Part shown: positions 27,842 to 39,400 of the stretch, in pieces
Layout: every line of letters starts with the position of its first letter
How positions within the stretch are numbered: the stretch's first letter is position 1
From: Lytechinus pictus
Taxonomy: Eukaryota
Assembly: GCF_037042905.1 (NCBI RefSeq)
Contig: NC_087252.1
Location: 2,854,001 to 2,918,000, forward strand
Length of the DNA: 64,000 nucleotides
Direction of reading: 5' to 3'
Translations under genes and position numbers: made by a program
The notes under the pieces: generated by a model
Told to the model about the DNA's origin: nothing
Databases searched by the model: none
Seen by the model: only the letters and a program-made list of their open reading frames with translations

Positions 27842-28142
27842 TTAAGCCCAAGTCTCGGATGCATAACCCTTGTTCTCCTGCTCCACATCTGCTTGCAGAT
27901 TTATCGGGGCGGGTGGTGGGTAGTTGGCCGGTGGGTGAGCTGGGTGGCCACCAGCAGGAGGGTAGGGGGCCTGGTGTTGGGCTACTGGGCGGTACTGACT
28001 GGGATCGGGAGTGGCCCGGTACGGGGAAGGGTCACGACTGGTCCCTGCACCATACTGTAGACCTGATTTCTCCACGGGTGGTGGCCCGCGGTGATAGCCT
28101 GACTGGGTCTGAGGCGTGGTTTTCATTTCGATATCCGAAAAC
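27842..28142 (-). CDS. mesh: mesh-like exon 22 (cytoplasmic tail and stop)
   Basis: ccAG acceptor, phase 2; [12 protein letters not shown]...[22 protein letters not shown]...[11 protein letters not shown]. Confidence 0.88.
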
Positions 28143-28389
28143 CTGGATAACGGCAAGATTAAACAACAAGTGCAAAATGCCATAAATTAGTGAAAAAAAT
28201 ATGTTTGATATTTATGTGTGGTTCAGAAAAAACATATTAAAGAGTTATATCTAAGGCCAATGATAGCCTTTGACACGGTCAACTTCTCTCATCAGTCGGG
28301 ATCTGTCATAATCATCATCATTATTTAAATAATTGGCATCATCATCATCATTATCATCATCATCATCATCCTCCTCATCCTCATCATCG

Positions 28390-28424
<35 letters not shown>

Positions 28425-28470
28425 GTCATCATCATCATCGTCATCATCATCATCATCATCATCGTCATCG

Positions 28471-28507
<37 letters not shown>

Positions 28508-31500
28508 TATCACCATCATCATCATCATCATCATCGTCATCATTATCATTATCACCATCATCAGCAGCACAACATCCACCATCATCATCAAGAGCCACGT
28601 CTCCTTACATTTCCTTTTCTCTCTTGAGTCTGTCATCTTTCCTATCCTTCCTGGCTGCCCACACGAAGATGAAGATAGCGGCCGCAACCAGGAGTACGGC
28701 GCCTACCACCCCACCAACGATGGCCATAGCCAACTCAAGCGGGTTGAGTTGTTCTGTCATAGCGAAATGAAAAAAAGAAGAAGTTGCAAAATAATGTAAA
28801 AACCACCAAACCATAATAATATATTTCTAAAAGTAGAAAATAAAATACACATCAGTATTTCTAGTTATCACCAAAGCTTGACAATCGTTTGAAAGTGTAG
28901 CAGTGATATCATGTCATGTTTTTCCCTCGTCATGGCTACCTTGATTCAATTGTTAGATAATTATTGAGGTTTGTAACCGCTTTCAGTTGTCGTTTATTAA
29001 AGCAATATCATGCAATTTTTTGTTATTTTTGTTTATTCCTACTTCCGTCACTATCAACTACAAAATCCTTTCACACATTTGAATTATTATCCTCTTCAAA
29101 ATATCTCCATAAACATGCTGAACATTATGAACATTACTTACGGTAGCAGCCGGGTTTGTAGCCGCTCCAGTGTTCAAACTCTTGGCGGCAATGGCGGTAC
29201 TGGTTCCCGTAGCGTTCGTAACCGATGTCACAACTGTACGAGATCTCGATGCGCTCGGGGGCGGCATCTACGGCCGAGATGGAACCATGTATTGGTGTCT
29301 CAAGTCCCCCACATAATAGACTCTCTACAGAGGAGAAATTTTGAAATGCCAATGAGGCTTTCATAACTGTGTGTGTGTGTGTGTGTGGGGGGGGGGGGGT
29401 CATTGTCGTTGTACAAAATTTGTAAATGCAACCTTATTCTTTTAGAAAGAAAACAATGTAAACAAATGTAATTCCGCGACTATAATTCTGTTAACTGTAC
29501 TTTGTTACAACTTTCAGATAATTGAGACAACATTACACATTGAGCTGAAAAGAGATAGGCCCATAAATAAAATTAGTTTTACATTTCGAGAGTTTTATTC
29601 AGTTTAGTCGTTCAGAAAATCATGCATATCTCTACATATAAATTACACCCCTAGTGTCTTACTAGTCTACAGGCACAGACCCTGATTGAAACTTTGATCA
29701 ACAAGTGTGTCTCCACACAAAGACTATCACGTTTAAAACTCGCTGTTCAATCCTGAGCGACAGGGCCTTCAGTACACAAGACATTATAGGCTGCCCTTTT
29801 AGACCATCATCTCGAGTGAAGGGTTTGCACAGCAGACTTGTGTCTTACCTAGACATTCATTGACGATGTCATCTTCCTGCGCTCCTCCACTCCAATCACC
29901 GCTCGGTTGGCAAACACGGTACTCGGGTCCGATGGGTATGAAGTCATCATCGCACCGGAACTCGAGCTCGGACCCGACTTTGTGGTTCTTCTCCCTCAGG
30001 AATGTCTTGGTACCGTTCTTCGGTGTCCTAATGTACTGGCATGTCACCACTGAAAAAAAGGGAAAATGCCAGACATTAATGGATAGTAAATTGATAACTT
30101 GATAAACGGGTTAGGTTGATTGTGTTACAGTCACAACCAATGCAATGAAACCAGCTCTGGGCCCGCCCTTCTCAGGGGCCGCGGAACCGGGGGGGGGGGG
30201 GGGGGGGGCTTCAGCCCCCCACTTTTTTCCAAAACCGTGTACAAAAACGTAAAAATAACCATACGATTGTGATTTTTAGCATGGTCAGCCCCCCCCCACT
30301 TTGAAAACCGTTCCGCGGCCCCTGCTTCTTACAAAGAGTTGCGATTGATCCAATCAACCACAGCTAAGGAAAGCCAGCAACAACAACATGTTTGTTCAAA
30401 ATATTTTTTTCTACTATGTATATTCATACATTCACTGTGTTCGTGAAAATCCAGCGTGTTTCTTTTTCTTCACAAAGGATATTGTTCAAATTTATTGTAG
30501 AAGATATTATGACAATGATGGATTTCAATTTGGGGTCCCATAAGGACCCCAAACATTTACTTGACACATTCAATAAAGAATTAAAACTAGTCTCGGAATG
30601 GATCAAAGCCAACAAATTATATTATATTTTGCTTTACTTTGTAACCTTGTTGAAATTTTGGAATGAAATAAATTCGTTATCAATCAATCAATCAATCAAT
30701 ATAATTGAGGTTGATCGGAGCTAGATCGACCAAAACCATCACGTGATTTCCACATAATTGGTTGGTTTTGGAGTTTGTTTCGATAGTCGGTGTGACTATA
30801 GCTTAAAGTCCACCCCAACAAAAAGGTTGATTTGAATAAAAAGTGAAAAATCCAACAAGCATAACATAAACATTTCATCAAAATCGGTTGTAAATTGAGA
30901 GTTATGGCAATTTAACGTTTTGCCTAATTTCACAAAACAGTTATATGCACATCCTGGTCGGTATGCAAATGAGGAGACTGATGACGTCATCCACTCAATA
31001 TATTTCTTTTGTGTTTTATTATAAATATGAAATAGGAAATATTCTAATTTTCTCGCTATTGTGAACGGAAACAACGATTAATTCCTACCTGAACCTCTGG
31101 AATTAGCATTGTTAATACTATGGTTCAGTCAAGTTGGTCCTTATTGTCAAATACGTAAAAAATGAAATATTCTATAATTCAAACAATGAAAACAAAATAA
31201 ATAGTGAGTGACTGTCTCACTTGCATGTCACTGAATTGTGCATATTACTACTTTGTGAAAAAATAAGCGAAATTTTGAAATGTCGTAACTTTCTTATTTT
31301 GAATCCAATTTAGATGAAATTATTATCGTTTTGCTAGTTTGATTTTTTCTATTGATTCAAATTCAATCAAACAACGAGTTCCGTTAAAGAGGGTCTGGAC
31401 AAATATTGATACAGTACACGACGTCGAGTCTGGCATGGACTGAATGGTTGGCCAGTAGTTGCATAAAAGTTATTGGATGGTAACTTTGCTATTCAGTGGG

Positions 31501-32089
31501 TAACCTCCATTAAATAATTGAATTGAATTAACGATTGAGTATTGCTACCATTCGAGCCACCATTGGATAGCAAAGTTGCAAAAATAATAACCGTTTCTGC
31601 AACAATGCAAAGGAGGCAAGAAGGGTTAACAACACAATAATTGCGGCAACAGTTCGCCACTCTTTCATTATACCGACACTCACCATCACGCAGCGCCCTC
31701 TGCGCTTGTTTGTAGTCATCGTATGCCTTCTTCGTAGCCTTGCCCAGTTGAAGAAAACCGGTGGACTGGATGTCATAGATGCAGTACGTGTTGCCGTCGC
31801 ACGTGTCGACAATGACCTGGGTGTCGAGGTACGTAGGAAGGTTTCCGTCAGGAGGACTGAAGGCGGGTACGAAGTCGTTGTCCTGGAAATAATCGTGGTT
31901 CTTTCCTTGGTCGTACAGGAAGAGACTATCTACCGGGTTGATCTCCCCTGGTGAGATTCAGAAGAAAAGAGGACCTATGACTTAACCCTGATGGGAAGTA
32001 CTATTTTGCCATCATGTCATCTTGCATACTATCATTATCACCCTCTTTATCAAAATAACATGGCCATCTATAACTTTATCATCATCATT

Positions 32090-32139
<50 letters not shown>

Positions 32140-33545
32140 ACCACAATGTATCACTTACATGTAACTTATCAGCCTCACAGCAATGTTCAGCAATAACATC
32201 GATACATTGATATCATCACCATCATCATCATCATCATCATGATTACCTCCCCCTCCTTCTTCTCCCAATAAGGGAAATATCTGGTCTAGTTTTGTCCGGT
32301 TTTACTCAACGTCTAAAACTAATATCCAATGTACAAACATGAACAATTAGAAATTGAGAATGCTAGCATAATAATTATAAATACGTGTATTAGAGACGTA
32401 TGGATTACTCTATTCAGAGCCTTTTATATAGTGTGTCTGTTCTTCTTAAGGATCTACCATAGAACTCACATGACTTTGCGAATTGGTTGTAGATGACCTC
32501 CGCCGTTGCGTTCGGGTCAACCGATGTCCCACCATTGGAGGTCAAATCATTGTCTGGTACCTCATCCCAGTTACCCATCAGCCCCTCAACGTATCCCTAC
32601 ATCGAAACAAATCAGGAATGAATGAGGATTAAAATGCGCTTTTAGAAATTGCGAGCACCAAGTTTTAAGAAAAAAAATATACTGAATACATTACTACATA
32701 CATGACATACATATTCCGTTTGCAGTCCGATTTTGGAAAAAAAATTCTTATGTTTAGTAAATATTTTAATTCTTCGATTTGTAGTCATTAGTTAGCTCGT
32801 TTTACTTTCTAAATATTTTCTTAGGCCTACACTGTTAAGAAGAAACCTGATTTTACAGAAAAAACACGATTTTGCAGAAAGCAATAACAGCATCATTTTG
32901 TAAATTCATTAAACAGGAATTTTTCTACAATTTAACAGAACAGATCTGTTTGAAAAGGGGAAAATGGTGTTTTGTTTAAGGAAAATTGTAAGGTTCCACA
33001 CCCCAAATACAAATTTCTTGTAATTTTACATGATATAATGTAAGATTACGCAATCTGGTAAGATTACAGGTGTTCTCGAGACTCTGCTGCAGGAACTTCT
33101 TTTATTTTAAGGATAATTTTTCTAACAGTGTATATATATATATGTTTTATATTTTTGAAGGTGAGACAATACCGATGCCATGGCTGCGTGTCTGCCTCTT
33201 ACATACAATTATTTATGTTAATGGTCACTTCAAGCTATTAATATACTATTAATTATTATTGTTTTTGTGATGGTCACAACTGAAAATATTGTCATGACAT
33301 GCAGAAACAAATAAATGAATAAATAAATAGATATATGCATATAAAAATAAACGAATATGGACTATAAACATCCCCGAGGGCATTATCATTACGAATAATG
33401 GACGAAGTATCTTTGGTAGATTTTGTTAAACGCCCGAGGCATAGCCGAGGACATTATTCGTAATCATCATCATCATCATAATCATCATCGTCATCGACAT
33501 CACCACCACCCCCATCATCATCATCATCATCATCATCACCATCAC

Positions 33546-33588
<43 letters not shown>

Positions 33589-33618
33589 GTCATCACCATC
33601 ACCATCATCATCATCATC

Positions 33619-33650
<32 letters not shown>

Positions 33651-33661
33651 CATCATCATCC

Positions 33662-33707
<46 letters not shown>

Positions 33708-36460
33708 CCATCATCACCATCATCATCATCATCATCATCACCATCATCACCCTCATCATCATCATCATCATCATCATCATCACCACCATCATCATCATCA
33801 TCATCATCGTCATCACCACCACCATCATCAAATATTTGGATCAGTAATCTACCTTGAATTCGTCGGGGATGACGACCTGGATGAACATCCCTTCGGCGGT
33901 GCCGTTGATGACGATGCCGATCTCAGAATCCTGGAAAGTGATGATGACCTGGGTCACGTTACCTCCTTCGTAAATCTTCGGGAACGAGAGGTAGAAACCT
34001 GGAAAATGGAGGTTGGCATATTATTTCATGAATCATTGTTGACTGAAAACACGAAACAAACGGTGAGCTTGTAGCATGTTTAGTAATGGCATGAACGAAA
34101 CAAACGGTGAGCTTGTAGCATGTTTAGTAATGGCATGAACGAAACAAACGGTGAGCTTGTAGCATGTTTAGTAATGGCATGAACGAAACAAACGGTGAGC
34201 TTGTAGCATGTTTAGTAATGGCATGAACGAAACAAACGGTGAGCTTGTAGCATGTTTAGTAATGGCATGAATTTCATAACCCTAAGCTGTGAGTTGGAAA
34301 TGATGCTAATTTATCCATTTAAAATCATTTTCTTTTTGGAATGTTTTTTCCATAATATGAAACTAAGACCCCCCCCCCCCATGGCTGTTGAAAGTGAATG
34401 TAGTATGGTGGCTTTAAGAATGCAAATTTACCATCTAAAGCAAGCCTGGTCTGTGTGTCAATCTTGAGGTACTGTCCTTGATACACAACCTGAAGAATAG
34501 TCTTTGAACTGTGTTGAATCTCAATGTTCTCTCTGTCTTCCTCTTTCATCGCTACGGAGGTGACACGCGTAGCCTGTACAATATTCCCTAAAGAAAAGGA
34601 ATAGCATACGATATTATGTCACTGAGATGATAACTCATATTAGCACAGTCACACCGACGAATCCGACTCAAGGCCGACCAAAGTTATTACATTATTTCCA
34701 ATGACACACCATTGCTCTGTTTGGAGGCGGTTTCGTTGGTGTGCCTGTTATAATAAAGACGAACAAAACATAAAGAACCAAAGACTAACTAATACATAAA
34801 ATAAAAAAACACACAAGAATGTCATTAAACTTATCGGGAAAACACAGAAGACTATTTATACAAGATTTTGTACTTTTGTCTGTCGAAAGATAAAAGATAA
34901 CCGATGTAAACACTATACCAGAAATGTCAACACTGGCAAGGTTGCGTATTCGGATCTTAGCATGGACAAATTATTATCCTTTTAGTTAAAAGTTCAGGCA
35001 AGACTCCGAAAATAAATACAATTTCAAGTCATGAAGACTATATCAAATGGGTCATCTGTAGAATAGAAAGAAAGAAAAATAAAAGAGGGACTTATCGTAA
35101 ACAAAGTCACCTTCACACTAACCTTGCCAATCCAGCATCTGTTCGGTTCTTCCCTGGAGTGTAAACCGGTTCTGAGCTCCGGTCGTGGATCGCATGAGCG
35201 TCCACTCGCCTTTCCCATTGAAACTGTACTCAACGCCATCGAATGTCACAAAGTGCGGGTCTCCAAATACAACGGCTGTTAGAAACGAAAATTATATATC
35301 CCAATAAAGTAATATTTCATTTGCAATATTATTGAAAGTGGCGGCGATCCGAAGGAGGGGACATGCACGAAGAAACGTTTTAGGGGATCTTCTCCCAGAA
35401 AAGTTAAAGATAAAAAATAGAAATAAAAAAGTGGCGATCCAGGGTAAAGAGAGGTACTCCTGAACAGTTTTATGGGATCTTCTCCCAGAAATTTTAACAT
35501 AAAAAAAACTAATAAAGAAATAAATAAAGAAACAATTAAGGAAATGCTGTCATCTATAAGCATCAACACAAAGAAGTCTGATCTAATGGTGATGGGGGTG
35601 GGTAATATATTTTCTCTTAATTTTCAGTTTAAAGGTCTAGTACTTGTATATACTTTTTTTTTATCTTTCAATATTAATGTATAAATTGACTTCAACAGTT
35701 ATACAATAATTAAAAAATACAAATCAAGGGGAAAAATAAAACAAAAGAAACAGACAATTATAAGCACAAAGCAACTCGGAGTGAAGCATTAATATAATAA
35801 GGTACTCAAATCAAATCTCCACTTTTGGAAACGGAGAGCGAGTTTATCATATTACATTTTAATAGAGCCTTAAAACCGTCGACACTCAAGGGTTTGTTTT
35901 GAATTTACAGATATATATGTAACATTTTAACAGGAGAAATATATAAGTTAAACAATTATCACTTAGTATACCAAACATTTTCTGAAAAGTGGAAGGTGCA
36001 ATATTGGTGTTTTAGTTTTGATTAATAAGAGAAATGATTTCTTCCCAAATTGATTTCACTTGTTACAAAAGAATCAACGAGGGGAATCTTTTCTCTTGAT
36101 TTTGAATAAGAAATTATTGAAGGCAATTGTTCTATGAAATATCTGAAAACAAAATGCACGTAAGCGAGCACCAATGGTACATTTAAAATCGATCATATTT
36201 TTTTTCCAATCCACATCGCCTGACATTGAACAAACATCCTTCCAGAATGAAATAAAGTTTACGGGGAAAGAAACTTCGCAGAAATTAGACTATGAATATT
36301 TAGCTACCTTTTCACATTGTTTCAGTTTACACAAAATGTCATCATGAATATTAAGTATATCTTGTGCTATTACACCATTTATACATGTATAATTAACTGT
36401 CAAGGGCCCCGTCTTACAAAGAGTAACGGTTGATCCAATCAATCGTAACTCTATGGAAAT

Positions 36461-36496
<36 letters not shown>

Positions 36497-39400
36497 GCGC
36501 GGATCCATGGGGTGGGGGCCGAGGGGCCTTGCCCCCCCCCCCTCGGCTAAACAAAAAGAAGGGGAAAGAAAAGAAGAAAAAGAAGAAAGGAAGAGGGGAA
36601 AAAAAAGAGAGAGGAAAAGGGGGGAAAGAAAAGAGGAAAGGAGAGAGGGAGAGGGGAAAATGAAAAGGAGAGAGAGGAAGAGGGAAGAAAGAAGAGGAAA
36701 AAAGGAGAGAAGGGGGAAGAAAAGAAGAAAAGGGGAAAGGAAGAGAAGTAAAGGAAGGGGGGAGAGGGGGAAAAAAGAGAAAGAGGGGAAAGAAAAGGAG
36801 AAAAAGGAGAGAGAGGAAGAGGGAGGAAAGAAGAGAGAAAAAAGAGAGGGGAAAGAAAAGAAGAAAAAAGAAGAGGGGAAAGAAAAGAAGAAAAAAAGGA
36901 GAAGAGGGGAAAGAAAGAAAAAAAAAGAGGAAGAGAGGGAAGGAAGAGAAAAAAGGGAGGGGGGAGAAAAAAGAGGAAGAGGGGCAAGAAGAGAGGGAAA
37001 AGAGAGAGGAAGAGGGGAAAAGGAAAAGGAGAAAGAGAAAGAGGGAAGAAAGAAGAGAAGAAAAAGAGAGAGAGAAAGGGGGGAAAGAAAGGAAGAAAAG
37101 GGGAAAGGAAGAGGGGGAAGGACGAGAAGAAAAAAAGAGGAAGAGGAGGAAAGAAAATGATGTTCGAACCAAAGGGCGCCGAAATGATGTTCGAAGGAAT
37201 GTCAAAATGATGTTCGAACTGGGGGCCAAATTGATACTCGAGCTAGGGGGGGGGGGGGCGAAATGATATTCGAACTAGGGGCGCCAAATTGATGTTGGAC
37301 CTACATGTAGGGGCGCCGAATTGATATTCGAACTAGGAGGGCGCCGAAATGATGTTCGAAGGGATGTTAAAATGATGTTCGAACTGGGGGCGCCAGATTG
37401 ATACTCGAACTAGGGGGGGGGGGGGGGGATGGGGTCGAATCGATGTTGGAACTAGGGGGGCGCCAAATTGATACTCGAACTAGGGGGGCTCAGAATTGAT
37501 GTTGGAACTAGGGGGCGCCAAATTGATACTCGAACTATGGGGCGCCAAATTGACGTTGGACCTACATGTAGGGGCGCCGAATTGATATTTGAACTAGGAG
37601 GGCGCCAAAATGATGTTCGAAGGGATGTTAAAATGATGTTCGAACTGGGGGCGCCAAATTGATACTCGAGCTAGGGGGGGGGGGGCGAAATGATATTCGA
37701 ACTAGGGAAGCCAAATTGAGTTCGAAGGGATGCCAAAATGAAGTTCGAACTGGGGGTCGAATTGATGTTCGAACGGGGGGGGGGGGGCCGAATTGATGAT
37801 CGACCTACATGTAGGGGCGCCGAATTGATACTCGAACTAGGGGGGGGGGGGCGCCGAATTGATGTTCGAACTAGGGGCACCACACTGATGTTTGAACTAG
37901 GGGGCGCCGAATTGATATTCGAACTAGGGGCGCCAATTTGATGTTCCAACTGGGGGCGCCAAATTGATGTTCGACCTAGGGAGGCCAAATATATGTTCGA
38001 CGTAGGGGGGGGGGGTGCGCCGAATTAATGTTCGACGTAGGGGCGCAAAATTTATGTTCGACATCGGGAGGCGCCGATTGAATGTTCGAACTAGGGGCAC
38101 CAATTTGATGTTCGAACTAGAGGGCGCCGAATTGCTATTCGAGCTTGGGGCGCCAAATTGATGTTCGAACGAGGGGGGCGCCAAATTGATGGATGTTAGA
38201 AGTAGGCGGCGCCAAAATGACGTTCGAACTATGGGGCGCCGAATTGATGTTTGAACAAGGGGGAGGGGGCGAATTAATTTTCGAACTAGATGGGGGCGCC
38301 AAATTGATGTTTGAACTGGGAGGGGCGCCAAATTGATGTTCGAACTAGGGGAGCGCTAATTTGATGTTTGACCATAAGCCGACAAATACATATTTCAGAA
38401 GGGGGAGGGCAAAGTGATATTTCACATGGCGCCAAATTCATGTTCAACCGAGGGCGCCAAATTGACCTTGAACTTAGGGGGCTCCATGCAATTTCATGTT
38501 CGACGGGGGCGCAACATTGCTCGTATTGCCTGTTTATAGTGAAATTCATTTCCTTCCCAAAAAGGTTAAATTAATGCGGCTGAATTAAAATATCCCGTTT
38601 TTACAATAATAGACAAAAATCAATGTGCTCGAGTTTGAAGTTTGTTTGGTGAGATAGGTATCCTGTTCAGGGTCAGAAAAGGGGTTAATATCAAATTCAG
38701 CTGGCGCTTCGCGCTCTCAATATTTGATTAGTGAGGTGTGTATCCTCTCCATCGATCACACGTACACAAGTCCTTAAAATGTTAGTGTTTTTCAAGTCAA
38801 TATACATAGGCCGATCCAGGGGGCAAAGTTTTTGCCCCCCCCCATGGTGGTGCAAAAAAAATGAAAGAAAAAGAAAAAAAGACGAAGAGAAAAAGGAAAA
38901 ACTTTTAGAATAGGAATTATACCTTAAAAGAGTCCTTAAGTCAGTATATACAAAAAATTGAGCTCGCGCTTCGCGCTCGCATCACTGTTTAGTTATGTAC
39001 GCATCCCGACCTCACAGTTTTTTTTTATGCGAACGAGAAGCACAAGCTGAAAATATTTTATATTCTAATCTAACGAATGAAAATGTCCTTTTCATTTTAT
39101 CATTAAAAAAGTTTTCAGCTAGCGCTTCGCATTCATTCCTTAAAGGACAAGTCCACCCCCCAAAAATGTTGATTTGAATAAATAGAGAAAAATCAAACAA
39201 GCATTATGCTGAAAATGTCATCAAAATCGGAGGTAAAATAAGAAAATTATGACATTTTAAAATTTTGCTTATTTTTCACAAAACAGTGATATGCACAACT
39301 CAGTGACATGCAAATGAGACAGTCGATGATGTCCCTCACTCACTAATTGCTTTGTTTTTTATTGTTAGAATTATACAATAATATATATTTCATTTTTTAC

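Noticed and set aside
27900..28030. PPxY (WW-binding) motifs in the mesh-like tail
   Set aside because: The sequences are PSPY, APYPP and PPANY; none is a canonical PPxY or LPxY.
28251..28770. Poly-Asp/Met/Ser ORFs (also 33423-33857 poly-His) as biomineralisation or metal-binding proteins
   Set aside because: These are (ATC)n microsatellites inside introns of the mesh-like gene; the exon phases are complete without them.
34051..34270. 44-bp direct repeats as CRISPR
   Set aside because: The units are contiguous with no spacers; this is a simple VNTR.
36414..37229. 235-271-aa Lys/Glu/Arg- or Phe/Leu/Ser-rich ORFs
   Set aside because: They come from a purine-only low-complexity tract that lacks stops by composition.
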